Positions 35,855 to 46,375 of a stretch of 64,000 nt of DNA are shown one piece after another; positions within the stretch are counted from its first letter, which is position 1; each line of letters begins with the position of its first letter. The notes beneath the pieces are model-generated. The model worked only from the letters and a program-made list of their open reading frames with translations, was not told the DNA's origin and searched no databases. This stretch comes from an uncultured Nitrososphaerales archaeon (GTDB taxonomy: Archaea > Thermoproteota > Nitrososphaeria > Nitrososphaerales > Gagatemarchaeaceae). Both the position numbers and the translations under genes were made by a program. The DNA lies in assembly GCA_963706445.1 (NCBI GenBank), contig OY970160.1, forward strand, positions 544,001-608,000. Direction: 5' to 3'.

Positions 35855-38035
35855 TTGACCGTCTCAAGCCAGCTCTTGTTGCAGATTGCAGCGAACGCCC
35901 CGTCTTCTGCACCGAACCTGACTAGCGCGTACATAGCACTCGGTCTTTCGATACTGGCGCTGCTGTATGGGGCGGGCCTTTGGGGATACCTCAGGGGGCA
36001 GAACCGCGGCAATGCCAAGATGGTGGAGATCGCAGACGCAGTGAAACAAGGGGCTGGTGCCTTTCTCGGGAAGGAGTACAGGATTATTGCTCCCATTGCC
36101 GTTATCGTCGTTCTACTTATCTTCGGGTTGATAGATTATCCGAATGCCACCGGAGGAGCAACAGCCTTCGGATTCGCAATAGGCGCATTCCTTTCTGCTC
36201 TCGCCGGCTATGTTGGAATGGCCGTCACCGTGAGGACCAGCTCCCGGACGGCGGAGGCCGCGAAGTCTGGTTTGGGGAGCGCGCTCACGATGGCTTTCAG
36301 GGGTGGGGGTGTCATGGGGATGACCGTCGTAGGCCTCGACCTTCTCGGGCTTTCTATTTTCTATCTCCTCTTCTCAAGCACGATCGCAACCTCGCCTGCC
36401 ACGCTGGCGGGTCTCGGGTTCGGCGCTTCACTGATCGCGATGTTCATGAGGGTCTCCGGCGGGATCTACACGAAGGCCGCTGACGTCGGTGCGGACCTTG
36501 TGGGAAAGGTCGAGGCCGGGATACCTGAAGATGATCCGAGGAACCCAGCGGTCATCGCCGACAACGTCGGGGACAACGTCGGAGATTGTGCGGGCATGGG
36601 AGCAGACGTCTACGAGTCCTACGTGGTGACATCGATAGCCGTCATGATTCTCGGGGCCCTGATCCCTGGCGGGGTCGCATCAGGCCTTCTTGTTTACCCA
36701 CTCCTGCTCGGGGCTGCGGGGATCGCAGGTGCTGTGGTGGGGAGCTTCTACATCCGCAAGTCGATAAAGTCCAACCCCCTCCGGGCGTTGAACATCACCC
36801 TGATGATAGCAGCGGTGGTAGCAGTAATTCTTGACTTCGTCTTCGGGCAGTATCTATTCGGCGGTTCGACACTGAGTTACTACCTCTTTGCAAGCGCCAT
36901 CGTGGGGGTCATCGTTGTAGTGGTAATCGAGAACGTCGCCAATTATTTCACCTCCTATGCCTACGGCCCCGTGAAGGAGATAGCCCTAGCGAGCCAGACG
37001 GGAGCGGCTACCAACTTCCTCGCAGGATTTTCCACTGGTCTTACCAGCACTGCGCCTTCTGCCGTGGTCTTGGTGGTGGCGATAATCGCGTCCTATTCTT
37101 TGGGCTACTACGGGTCCGGCGGGGACGTCCTAACGGGGGTCTACAGCACTGCTGTGGCGACGATGTCTATGCTTTCCTTGACCGGGGTAATCATGTCAAT
37201 AGACTCCTTCGGGCCAATAACTGACAATGCCAACGGCATTGTGGAAATGGCGGGGCTGGAGAGCAGCGTCAGGGACGTGACAGACGAGCTCGACGCACTT
37301 GGCAATACTACGAAGGCGACCACCAAGGCTTTCGCAGTGACCTCGGCGGCTTTGGCCGCAGTCGCAATCTTCGAAGCATTCCAGCACGAGGCCTCCAGGA
37401 TCATTGCCGCCAATGCGTCTGTCGCCAGCAAGTACGCCTCATCGATGGTCGGGGGTCAGCTTCAATTCAGCCTGTCCGACCCGTATGTCGTCATAGGGCT
37501 GTTCATAGGGGGTCTGTTGCCGTTCTACTTCTCCAGCTTCCTGATTAAGGCCGTCGGCAAGGCTGCTTTCACTATAGTCAACGAAGTGCGGCGACAGTTC
37601 AAGGAAATCCCGGGAATAATGGAGGGGACTGCAAAACCCGACTACGCGAAGGCCGTCAGCATCAGCACTTCTGCAGCCATCAAGGAACTAGTCAAGCCCG
37701 GCGCCCTCGCGGTGGTCACGCCTTTGGCTGTAGGATTCATTCTTGGCCCCCTGGCACTAGGCGGCCTTCTGATAGGCACCGTAGTCTCCGGGGTATTCCT
37801 CGCATTCACAATGACCAACGGGGGCGCCGCCTGGGACAATGCGAAAAAGTACATTGAGACCGGCCAGCTCGGAGGGAAGGGATCGGACGCGCACAAGGCG
37901 GCGGTGATGGGGGACACGGTTGGCGATCCGTTCAAGGACACCGCAGGTCCGGCCATCAACTCTCTGATCAAGGTCGTGAACACGATTTCAATCGTTTTCA
38001 TCTCCGCGATCGTTCTGTACGCTCTCTCCGTCTAG
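35855..38035 (+). CDS. hppA: Membrane H+-translocating pyrophosphatase, K+-independent type
   Basis: DVGADLVGKVE, DNVGDNVGD, GNTTKA (Lys form). Confidence 0.96.
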   Translation: MTVSSQLLLQIAANAPSSAPNLTSAYIALGLSILALLYGAGLWGYLRGQNRGNAKMVEIADAVKQGAGAFLGKEYRIIAPIAVIVVLLIFGLIDYPNATGGATAFGFAIGAFLSALAGYVGMAVTVRTSSRTAEAAKSGLGSALTMAFRGGGVMGMTVVGLDLLGLSIFYLLFSSTIATSPATLAGLGFGASLIAMFMRVSGGIYTKAADVGADLVGKVEAGIPEDDPRNPAVIADNVGDNVGDCAGMGADVYESYVVTSIAVMILGALIPGGVASGLLVYPLLLGAAGIAGAVVGSFYIRKSIKSNPLRALNITLMIAAVVAVILDFVFGQYLFGGSTLSYYLFASAIVGVIVVVVIENVANYFTSYAYGPVKEIALASQTGAATNFLAGFSTGLTSTAPSAVVLVVAIIASYSLGYYGSGGDVLTGVYSTAVATMSMLSLTGVIMSIDSFGPITDNANGIVEMAGLESSVRDVTDELDALGNTTKATTKAFAVTSAALAAVAIFEAFQHEASRIIAANASVASKYASSMVGGQLQFSLSDPYVVIGLFIGGLLPFYFSSFLIKAVGKAAFTIVNEVRRQFKEIPGIMEGTAKPDYAKAVSISTSAAIKELVKPGALAVVTPLAVGFILGPLALGGLLIGTVVSGVFLAFTMTNGGAAWDNAKKYIETGQLGGKGSDAHKAAVMGDTVGDPFKDTAGPAINSLIKVVNTISIVFISAIVLYALSV

Positions 38036-38310
38036 ACTATTCTGTCAGAACTCAATCGAGGTGGGGATGGGACCACCGGTGATGCGATGCACGCACCACA
38101 TTCGGACCCATGTGAATACGCTCACTGACGGTAAAGTCTGCAGGCGTACGCGTAACCGCTCCGCCACCCCACCGCATGGCCGCCTTCTCTTGGACGTTAA
38201 TTATGCCTTATATTCGTCGGTCTGCGGATTCCGAGAAATCCTGGCGAAACCTCGCGCAGATTGTCAAAGCTTATAACCGATATTAGGTCGGGAACTATCA
38301 GCGCCGCCTA

Positions 38311-39018
38311 ATGTATTCGGGCATTCTCACGCTCCCGCAGACGACAGCCACTTTTGATAATCTGCTGAACTGGTATCTGCTATTCGGGATAGGAGCGGCG
38401 GTCATCGTTATTTCGATGCTCGTCCTCTTCATGGTAAAGTATCGTAGCAAGGGGCAGCAGGGGCAGATGCCCGAGCACAAGGTCGAAGGCTGGAAGATCG
38501 TCCTTGTCACGGTCCTCATAAGCGTCTCCGTCCTGACGTTTGCAGAATACCAGACATTTTCGAGCTTCGGAAACATAGAGATCCCGACGAACGCCACCTG
38601 CATGGCAAACACCGGCCACCCTTGTGTCCAGATCCAGCTTCTCGCGTTCCAGTGGGGGTGGAACTTCACCTACCCCAACGGGAGTTTCATGCTCAACAAC
38701 CTGACTGTCCCGGCGGGCAGGGATATAGTGATCAACATCACGTCGAAGGACGTCTTCCATTCCTTCGGTCTCGACATGCTCGCAGAGAAGGAGGACGCTG
38801 TACCCGGCAGGGTGAACCAAATCTGGTTCACTGTCCCGACTCCTAGTGTCACAGCTACCCCCGAGGTGACCGTCCAGTGCAACGCCGCGGGGACATCATG
38901 CCTTTACATCAACGCCATCAAGTGCTTCGAGCTCTGCGGTGTGGGCCACGCCAGCATGTGGGCTAACTTCACCGTCGAGAGCCAAGCGACCTGGGATGCA
39001 TGGATGGGAGGCGCCTAG
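38311..39018 (+). CDS. coxB: Heme-copper oxidase subunit II (CuA)
   Basis: QWGWNF, DVFHSF, CFELCGVGHASM. Confidence 0.93.
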   Translation: MYSGILTLPQTTATFDNLLNWYLLFGIGAAVIVISMLVLFMVKYRSKGQQGQMPEHKVEGWKIVLVTVLISVSVLTFAEYQTFSSFGNIEIPTNATCMANTGHPCVQIQLLAFQWGWNFTYPNGSFMLNNLTVPAGRDIVINITSKDVFHSFGLDMLAEKEDAVPGRVNQIWFTVPTPSVTATPEVTVQCNAAGTSCLYINAIKCFELCGVGHASMWANFTVESQATWDAWMGGA

Positions 39019-41412
39019 TTGGGCACCACCGACTGGCTGAAGCGCTGGCTGTTCACGACCAACCACAAGGACGTTGGCATACTCTACTTCTTCACCTCCT
39101 GCTACTTTGGGATCATAGGCGCGATCCTCGCCCTGATGATGAGGGTCCAGCTCTCCGTCCCCAACAACAACTTCCTCAACGCGTTCTACTACGACCAGGC
39201 AGTGACTATGCACGGCCTCATCATGATCTTCTGGTTCCTCTCTCCCATCGCCCTCGGGTTGGCGAACTACTTCGTCCCCCTCCAGATCGGGGCGAAGGAC
39301 CTTGCGTTCCCGCGTCTCAACGCCATGAGCTACTGGCTCTACCTCGCGGGCGGAGTCCTCGCGGTAATGAGCTTCTTCGTCCCCGGAGGGACCGCCAGTG
39401 CGGGCTGGACCACGTATCAGCCATTGGCAGTCCTGACGCTCGGGAACGGACCGACCCTTGCCTACCTAGGGATGGTCGTTCTTGCCGCATCGGTGACTCT
39501 TGGTAGCATCAATTTCATGGTCTCCATAATCTGGCTCAGGGCCCCTGGAATGACGCTGTCGAAGATCCCCATGTTCACTTGGTTCATGCTCTTCACAATC
39601 ATAGCGATGCTTTTCGCGTTTCCGACACTGATAGCCGCGTTCGCCCTCGCCTCCACGGACCGCATCCTGGGGACGACATTCTTCACCTCCCCTGGGATTC
39701 AACCATCGATACTCTGGGACAACCTGTTCTGGTTCTTCGGCCACCCGGAGGTGTACATCGTCCTCCTGCCGGGCTTCGGCATCATAGCCAACATCCTCCC
39801 GCAGTTTACAGGTAGGCCCCTGGCGGCGAGGAACGCCATCCTCATCGCCACGGGGCTCATCGTCGTCCCCCTCAGCTTCGGGGTCTGGATGCACCACATG
39901 TTCCTCACGGGCATCCCAGTCTCCCTTCAGGGAGCTTTCAGCGTGGCCACCATCGCCATCTCCATACCCTTCGACGTCATCACACTCTCGTTTGTCGAGT
40001 CGCTGATCAGAGGGAGGGTGAAATTTGCGACCCCGATGCTCTTCGCCCTCGGGGCAGTAATTCTCTTCATCATCGGGGGGATTACCGGGGTCTTCCTCTC
40101 ATCCCCTGTCCTGGACAGGGTGTTCAGGGGTTCCTACTTCGTCGTTTCGCACTTCCACTACGTCATGGTGGGCGCGGCAATCTTCGGGATAATCGCCGGC
40201 ATCTACTACTGGCTCCCTAGGATGACGGGGCACATGTACAACGAGAGGCTCGGGAAGATCCACTTCGCAATCTCCTTCGTCGGGTTCAACATCCTCTACT
40301 TCCCGATGAATCTCCTCTACGACATGCCTAGGCGCATCTTCACCTATCCCAACGTCGCCGACTGGGGGACCCTGAACGCATTGGCCTCGGTCGGGGCCTT
40401 CGTCTTCGCACTGGCCCAGATACTACTGGCTTACAACGTGATCAACACCTGGTTCCGGGGGCCCATCGCGCCGAAGAATCCATGGGGGTCGCCCGACCTC
40501 GAATGGACGTCGCAGGCCGAGGGGATGTCTCCGGCAGTGAGCTCATCACCTACACCTCCCTCCGGCGGGTGGATAGGGCAGCTTTCCACAGCGTCTAATT
40601 CGCATGGTACGGGTTACGGGGGTTCCCGGGACGTACATCACGCCCACCTCAGCTCGAGGCCCTTGGAGCTCTCGATGGCTGCACTGGTCTTCCTCGCCGG
40701 AGCCGCGTTCTACCCTGACGTCGGGGGCATCGCGCTGATGGTCGTGGGCGCGTTTGTCGCGATCTACGCGTTCTGGGGGTGGGGGATGGACGATCTGCAC
40801 GACAAGTTCGTCGTGCCGCCAGAGGAAGTAGGGGACAGGTGGCCCTTTTCGGCTGTCCCCAAGCTGAAGTTGGGCATGTGGGTGTTCCTTTCGTCCGAGG
40901 TTGTATTGTTCGGGAGCTTCCTCGGGGCCTACATATTCATCCGGGCCGCTTCTGGGGTCTGGCCAATCGCCGGGAGCATCCACGAGATACCCCTGGGGAC
41001 CTTCAACACCCTGGTGCTCGTGACCAGTGGGCTCACCATGTTCATGGCCATCCAGGCCATCCGCAAGGGTGACCAGAGGAAGCTCCTGGGCTGGCTAGCG
41101 GTGACCTTCGTCCTCGGCTCCGTCTTCATGGGAGTCAAGATTGCAGAGTGGACCAACCTCGGCAACAGCGGCTTCGTCCTCGGCGCTTCCAACCCTGTTA
41201 CCTCTCTAGCTGCTAGCGCCTACTATGTCATCGTCGGGCTGCACGGGGCCCACGTAACGGCTGGGCTGATTATGATGATCTACCTGATGAAGAAAACAAC
41301 GGGCGGACACTACACCAAGGATTCCCACGAGGCCATAGAGAACTTCGCGCTTTACTGGGCCTTCGTCGACATCGTGTGGTGCTTCGTCTTCCCGCTCTTC
41401 TACCTCCTCTAG
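39019..41412 (+). CDS. coxA: Heme-copper oxidase subunit I+III fusion (A1 type, SoxM-like)
   Basis: TNHKDVG, GHPEVY, WMHH, HFH; C-terminal GMWVFLSSE...LHGAHV...YWAFVD. Confidence 0.95.
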   Translation: MGTTDWLKRWLFTTNHKDVGILYFFTSCYFGIIGAILALMMRVQLSVPNNNFLNAFYYDQAVTMHGLIMIFWFLSPIALGLANYFVPLQIGAKDLAFPRLNAMSYWLYLAGGVLAVMSFFVPGGTASAGWTTYQPLAVLTLGNGPTLAYLGMVVLAASVTLGSINFMVSIIWLRAPGMTLSKIPMFTWFMLFTIIAMLFAFPTLIAAFALASTDRILGTTFFTSPGIQPSILWDNLFWFFGHPEVYIVLLPGFGIIANILPQFTGRPLAARNAILIATGLIVVPLSFGVWMHHMFLTGIPVSLQGAFSVATIAISIPFDVITLSFVESLIRGRVKFATPMLFALGAVILFIIGGITGVFLSSPVLDRVFRGSYFVVSHFHYVMVGAAIFGIIAGIYYWLPRMTGHMYNERLGKIHFAISFVGFNILYFPMNLLYDMPRRIFTYPNVADWGTLNALASVGAFVFALAQILLAYNVINTWFRGPIAPKNPWGSPDLEWTSQAEGMSPAVSSSPTPPSGGWIGQLSTASNSHGTGYGGSRDVHHAHLSSRPLELSMAALVFLAGAAFYPDVGGIALMVVGAFVAIYAFWGWGMDDLHDKFVVPPEEVGDRWPFSAVPKLKLGMWVFLSSEVVLFGSFLGAYIFIRAASGVWPIAGSIHEIPLGTFNTLVLVTSGLTMFMAIQAIRKGDQRKLLGWLAVTFVLGSVFMGVKIAEWTNLGNSGFVLGASNPVTSLAASAYYVIVGLHGAHVTAGLIMMIYLMKKTTGGHYTKDSHEAIENFALYWAFVDIVWCFVFPLFYLL

Positions 41413-41421
41413 GAGTCAGGC

Positions 41422-41679
41422 ATGAGAACCATTGTCGCGCTCGGGGTCTGGGCATACATGGTCATCGCCGTGTTGACCGAGGTGCTTGCGTTCTACGAGA
41501 TTCCCGCCTATGCGACGATGGCGACGGTGGTATCTATCCTGGCGACCAGCCAGGCCTCCGCCATAGTCCTGTTCTACATGCAGCTCAAGGACGAGCCAGG
41601 CTCCCTCAGACTCTTCGCACTTATCCCCATCATGTTCTTGGCAGCGCTGCTCGTCGCCATGCTCGCGTCACTAGGTTGA
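41422..41679 (+). CDS. Oxidase subunit IV
   Basis: Three TM segments, LFYMQLKDE. Confidence 0.75.
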   Translation: MRTIVALGVWAYMVIAVLTEVLAFYEIPAYATMATVVSILATSQASAIVLFYMQLKDEPGSLRLFALIPIMFLAALLVAMLASLG

Positions 41680-41684
41680 GTGAA

Positions 41685-42134
41685 ATGGACATCGAAGAAC
41701 CAACGGGTGCCCCCAAGGGGATTCTACTTGGCCTCGGGCTGATAGCGGTCCTGCTCGGAGCCGCGCTGGCTGGGCTCTTCATTTTCAGGCTCCAGCCGAC
41801 CCTAAGCGGTGGGACGGCGGCGGCGGGGTCGGTGATAATGCCCCTCGGTGTTGGGAGCAACACCCAGCTCAACTTCAGTCCTGACACGATCACCGTGGTG
41901 GTCGGGGCCAACAACACCGTGACTTTCACCAACAAAGACACAGCCACCCATACAGTCACCGCTGCTGACAACAGCTTCAACTCCGGAGACATCAAGCCTG
42001 GGCAGAGCTGGACCTATACGTTCAACACGCCAGGGACATACACCTACTATTGCATCTACCACCACGCATGGATGATGGGGACAGTGGTGGTCCTCTCAAG
42101 CTCAGGCGGCTCGTCTTCCGCGACCTCCACCTGA
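41685..42134 (+). CDS. Membrane-anchored blue copper protein (cupredoxin)
   Basis: TM anchor, NFSPDTITV, HTVT, YYCIYHHAWMMG. Confidence 0.9.
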   Translation: MDIEEPTGAPKGILLGLGLIAVLLGAALAGLFIFRLQPTLSGGTAAAGSVIMPLGVGSNTQLNFSPDTITVVVGANNTVTFTNKDTATHTVTAADNSFNSGDIKPGQSWTYTFNTPGTYTYYCIYHHAWMMGTVVVLSSSGGSSSATST

Positions 42135-42175
42135 CTTAATTAACGGCGACATCGTTGGATGCGCAGGCGGTCTGA

Positions 42176-43162
42176 TTGGATGAGAAAGACGCAGGCAACG
42201 TTTTCCCGGGCAACTGGGACGTAGTCTCCGAGACGCTGCTGAAGACGTACGAGCTCTGGTTCCCCCAGAACTGGAGTCCGGTGGACCTCCCATGGGAGGA
42301 GTGTAACGCTAAGAACTTCTCCTCTGACGAGGCCGTGGCCCAGGCCTACTGGCTATCCAAGCTCGCGCTCTTCGAGAAGTCGGGGATAGGGGCCTTCGGT
42401 GCGGCTGCGGTCCAAGCAGCGACCCACGGCTTCGAAGATCCGACCAAAAAGTTCCTCTCGGCGGTGGCCTTCGACGAATGCCGCCACGACGAAGTCTGCA
42501 GGAGGGCATGCGCCCGCGTCTGCCCGAACTTTCCCTACCGGTTCAAGCCAAATTCAACCCTCGAGGAGAAGGCGCACCGCAACATCATGGCACTCTACGA
42601 CAACGGGGCAAGGTACTGGAGCGCCTTCAACCAGGCATGGGGGAAGTACCCGCTGGAGCTGATCTTTTCGAGCTTCTTCTTCGCGGAGATAGGGGCCCAG
42701 CTCATTTTCAAGGAGGTGGGAGAGCACTCGACCAACAAAGTTTACGTTGGGGCCTTCAAGAACATAACGAGAGACGAGTCCCGGCACCTGACTGGGACCC
42801 TGGCGATGCTGGAGCGGCTCGCCGAAAGAATGTCGAAGGAAGAGAAGTCGATGATATCGCGCCAGCTCAAGCACGGCTTCATCTATCTCTCGCCTCTTCT
42901 ATTCAAGCCCATGAACGACTTCTGGAAGCTCCCCGAGGACTTCTTCGAGTACGACCAGAAGCTAGAGGAGCTCGCGGCGAAGTCCGGACTTGGGGTGCCT
43001 AAGGTAGAGGAACGGTCCGAGGCCTGGATGAAGGCGATCTCTCGGCACCGCTCGAAGATAGAGGAGCTCGGGATTCCAGTCCCTGAAATCAAGGAGATAG
43101 GGCTAGCCGGCCTAGAAGTGAAGGTCAACAAGGGCGACGAGATAATCGCCACCCCGCTCTAG
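42176..43162 (+). CDS. Ferritin-like di-iron protein
   Basis: E...DECRH and E...DESRH. Confidence 0.8.
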   Translation: MDEKDAGNVFPGNWDVVSETLLKTYELWFPQNWSPVDLPWEECNAKNFSSDEAVAQAYWLSKLALFEKSGIGAFGAAAVQAATHGFEDPTKKFLSAVAFDECRHDEVCRRACARVCPNFPYRFKPNSTLEEKAHRNIMALYDNGARYWSAFNQAWGKYPLELIFSSFFFAEIGAQLIFKEVGEHSTNKVYVGAFKNITRDESRHLTGTLAMLERLAERMSKEEKSMISRQLKHGFIYLSPLLFKPMNDFWKLPEDFFEYDQKLEELAAKSGLGVPKVEERSEAWMKAISRHRSKIEELGIPVPEIKEIGLAGLEVKVNKGDEIIATPL

Positions 43163-44331
43163 CGGCGCCACTTCTCGACCATCATCAAGACGGGGACAAT
43201 GAAAGCCACCGTCAGGGCTGCGCTCCAAAGCCACGCCTGAGAGTACCCGAACTGCTCCGCGACATACGAGAAGAAGAGCGGCGGAAAGAACTCCCCGGTA
43301 AGCTGTATGCTGTTGACCCACGCAATCGCCAGGCTCTCGTACTCCTTTCCTGCCTTGTTGAAGTCCCTCGCGCCGGCGAATGCGAAGGTGAACCCAAACC
43401 CAGAAACCAACCCCGCCAGAGTCGCGGCGGCTGCCGCAGCGTATATCGATCCCAAGCCGGCGATGGCCAGGGACGCCGCGCTCACCAGCATGGACGCAAT
43501 CATCAGCAGCCTGTGTCTTGAGACGGTGTCGTATACGCGGCCCCCCCATATTGAGGTGAAGATAGGAATGAAGGTGATTATCGAGGTGACAAGGGCTGCG
43601 ATCGTTCCTGGTACAGACAGGTTCTTTTCCAGATAAAACACCATGAATCCTGAAATCAGGGTGTTGCCAATGGAGAACCCCAGGACTCCGAGCCCAAGTA
43701 GCACAATCTGCTTGTCCAGGAGGACGGCGTAGAGTGACTTCTTCCCTATGACAAATTCCGCGCTGGCGTCGTCGCTTGGGACGAACAGCATCACGAGCAC
43801 TCCCGTGACGAGGTACAGGCCCCCGCTCAGAACTAGGCTCGGTCTCCAGCCGATCGCCGTTGCGATCACCACCCACCCGAATATCGCTATGATCCCTCCG
43901 ATGTCGAAGGCCGAGTTGAACAGCCCCACTCCCATCCCCGACTTCCCGCCCCGCAGGAGCCTAGTTACCATCACCACCCCGGGGGCGAATACGAACGCCA
44001 TCCCCGACCCGACCAGGAACCTCAACACCTCCAGCTCAGGTATGGTCGTGGCCACCGAAGTTCCGAGGACAGAGAACGACGTCAGGAATATTCCTGCGAC
44101 CACCACTTTCTTCGGCCCGTACTTGGCCGCGAGAATCCCGGCAGGGACCTGGACGAGTCCGATGCCAAGGTAGAACGCCGCGGTGACGTTCCCAAGCCCT
44201 GACACTCCTGCGCCGACTTCCTGACTTGAGAGATAGAAGATGGCGCCGAAGTTGAGCCAATTCACAGCGTAGATTATCCTGGCGATTATCAGGGAGCCGA
44301 GTGCCTTCGAATTCCTGCCAGATGCCTGCAA
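43159..44331 (-). CDS. MFS transporter
   Basis: About 12 TM segments, GILAAKYGPK loop. Confidence 0.9.
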   Translation of the reverse strand: MQASGRNSKALGSLIIARIIYAVNWLNFGAIFYLSSQEVGAGVSGLGNVTAAFYLGIGLVQVPAGILAAKYGPKKVVVAGIFLTSFSVLGTSVATTIPELEVLRFLVGSGMAFVFAPGVVMVTRLLRGGKSGMGVGLFNSAFDIGGIIAIFGWVVIATAIGWRPSLVLSGGLYLVTGVLVMLFVPSDDASAEFVIGKKSLYAVLLDKQIVLLGLGVLGFSIGNTLISGFMVFYLEKNLSVPGTIAALVTSIITFIPIFTSIWGGRVYDTVSRHRLLMIASMLVSAASLAIAGLGSIYAAAAAATLAGLVSGFGFTFAFAGARDFNKAGKEYESLAIAWVNSIQLTGEFFPPLFFSYVAEQFGYSQAWLWSAALTVAFIVPVLMMVEKWRR

Positions 44332-44645
44332 CTGGCCGGGGGCCGAACCCCTTGTGCTTTAATTCAATCGATGGTTTGGTTTCAGTCCTCTTAGGAGCCG
44401 CTCGGCGAGAATCTCGTCTTTTTGATTGCAAATAGGCCGATGCCAAGGTGGTGCACTCCCGGGCCTCCGCACAAGCCCTCCCGCGATTCGCCAACACAGT
44501 CTTGCAATACGGTAGCGCCTGTCCATTGCTCCCGAATCCTGAAGAATCTGGGGGGCATCAGCCACGCCGCCTAGCCGTATGAATCCCCAATCGCCCTCAA
44601 ATCAGCAAAAGGCCCGAAAAAGCCTCATTTTGAGCCCCGTTACGA

Positions 44646-44657
44646 GGGTTTATATAG
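44646..44657 (+). promoter_or_regulatory. Archaeal TATA box
   Basis: GGGTTTATATAG upstream of the 44692 ORF. Confidence 0.6.
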
Positions 44658-44691
44658 CGAATCTGGCGAATTCGGGCCGAGGCATTTCGCA

Positions 44692-44844
44692 GTGGTAACA
44701 GGATACTGCGTCTACGAGAAGAAGAAGAACCGGGAGATAAAGAATCCCAAGCAAATCAAACTGAAGAACGGCAGGCCGGCAATCAAGGGCATCTGCGCCT
44801 CTTGCGGCAAGCAGATCTTCAGGATTGGCAAGCTGACAAAGTAG
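44692..44844 (+). CDS. 50-aa basic DUF5679-like protein (not in ORF track)
   Basis: MVTGYCVYEKKKNREIKNPKQIKLKNGRPAIKGICASCGKQIFRIGKLTK. Confidence 0.85.
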   Translation: MVTGYCVYEKKKNREIKNPKQIKLKNGRPAIKGICASCGKQIFRIGKLTK

Positions 44845-44902
44845 ATTCTATTCTCCCGCTCCTTTTTATTTTAAAGGCAGGAACCCCGATGTCGATCCCG
44901 CG

Positions 44903-46303
44903 TTGCTGAAACTCTACAACAGTCTCGGAAGAAAGACGCAGACATTCGAGCCAATCGAGAAGGGAGAAGTGAAGATATACACGTGCGGACCGACGGTTTG
45001 GAACTACGCGCACATCGGGAACTTCCGGACGTTCGTCTTCGAAGATGTCCTCCGGCGCCACCTGAAGTTCAAAGGGTACGACGTGTACCAGGTGATGAAC
45101 ATCACAGACGTCGAAGACAAGATCATCAAGGGGATCAAGCAGATGGGCAAACCCCTGAAGGAACTCACGACCATGTACGAGGCAGCGTTCATGCAGGACA
45201 TGGCGACCCTGAACATCGAAAGGGCCGAGCTCTACCCGCGAGCCACCGACCACATCGGCGAGATGGTCGATCTCATCAAGGTCCTGCAGAAGAAGGGGTA
45301 CGCCTACACGGCCGCAGACGGCTCGATCTATTTCTCGCTGTCGAAGTTCAAGGGATACGGGGCGCTGTCGGGGGTAAGGTTGGATTCGCTCAAGCCTGCG
45401 GGGAGGGTGTCGAGCGACCACTACGAAGAGAAGCTGGAGGCGGCCGACTTCGCCCTCTGGAAGGCCTGGGACCCCGACGACGGGGAGGTCTTCTGGGACA
45501 CTGAACTCGGGAAGGGGAGGCCCGGCTGGAGCATCGAGTGCTCAGCGATGTCGATGAAGTACTTGGGGGAGACATTCGACATTCATACAGGAGGGTTGGA
45601 CAACAGGTTCCCGCATCACGAGAACGAGATCGCCCAGTCTGAAGCCGCCACGGGAAAGAAGTTCGTGAACTACTGGCTCCACTCGGAGTTCCTCAACGTC
45701 CACGGAGAAGAAATGCACAAGTCGTCGGGGAATATGGTCAATCTGAGGGAGCTGCTGGAACGGGGCTGGGAGCCCCTGACGATCAGGATGTTCCTCGTCT
45801 CTTCGAAATATAGAGACTCCATCGACCTGACCGACAACTCCCTGGAGCAGGCAAGGGCCCAGAGGGCCAGGCTGTCGGAGGCCATCGCGAGGCTGAAATC
45901 AGTCAGTGCGCCAAAGGGAAAGTCGCTCGCTCCGGCCCAGGAGTTCCTCGACGAATTCGAGGAAGCGATGGACGACGACCTCAACACCCCCAAGGCGCTG
46001 TCCGTGCTCTTCTCCTTCGTCAAGAGGTGCAATTCACTGGTGGACTCCGGGTCGATCAGCGCCGAGGAAGCGTCTAAGGCGAAGGCAGCCTTGGAGAGGG
46101 CGAACTCGGTCCTCGGAGTGATGGAGTTTGGGGATGAAACCCTCCCGCCGAACCTTGCCGAGCTGGTCGCAAGACGCGGCGAAGCTCGCAGGCGCAAGGA
46201 CTTTGCAGAGTCGGACAGGCTGAGGAAAGAGCTCCTCGCCTCAGGGATTCTGGTGGAGGACACTCCGGCGGGGACGCGCTGGAGGCGGGCTCCCCGAGGT
46301 TAA
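44903..46303 (+). CDS. cysS: Cysteine-tRNA ligase
   Basis: YTCGPTV, HIGN, DFALWK, GRPGWSIEC, FPHHENE. Confidence 0.97.
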   Translation: MLKLYNSLGRKTQTFEPIEKGEVKIYTCGPTVWNYAHIGNFRTFVFEDVLRRHLKFKGYDVYQVMNITDVEDKIIKGIKQMGKPLKELTTMYEAAFMQDMATLNIERAELYPRATDHIGEMVDLIKVLQKKGYAYTAADGSIYFSLSKFKGYGALSGVRLDSLKPAGRVSSDHYEEKLEAADFALWKAWDPDDGEVFWDTELGKGRPGWSIECSAMSMKYLGETFDIHTGGLDNRFPHHENEIAQSEAATGKKFVNYWLHSEFLNVHGEEMHKSSGNMVNLRELLERGWEPLTIRMFLVSSKYRDSIDLTDNSLEQARAQRARLSEAIARLKSVSAPKGKSLAPAQEFLDEFEEAMDDDLNTPKALSVLFSFVKRCNSLVDSGSISAEEASKAKAALERANSVLGVMEFGDETLPPNLAELVARRGEARRRKDFAESDRLRKELLASGILVEDTPAGTRWRRAPRG

Positions 46304-46375
46304 CTCGATGACTCCACTAGCTCAATTTCAGTAAATCTTCCCGATATTATCCGCCTTTCTCGGTCACAAAGGTCA

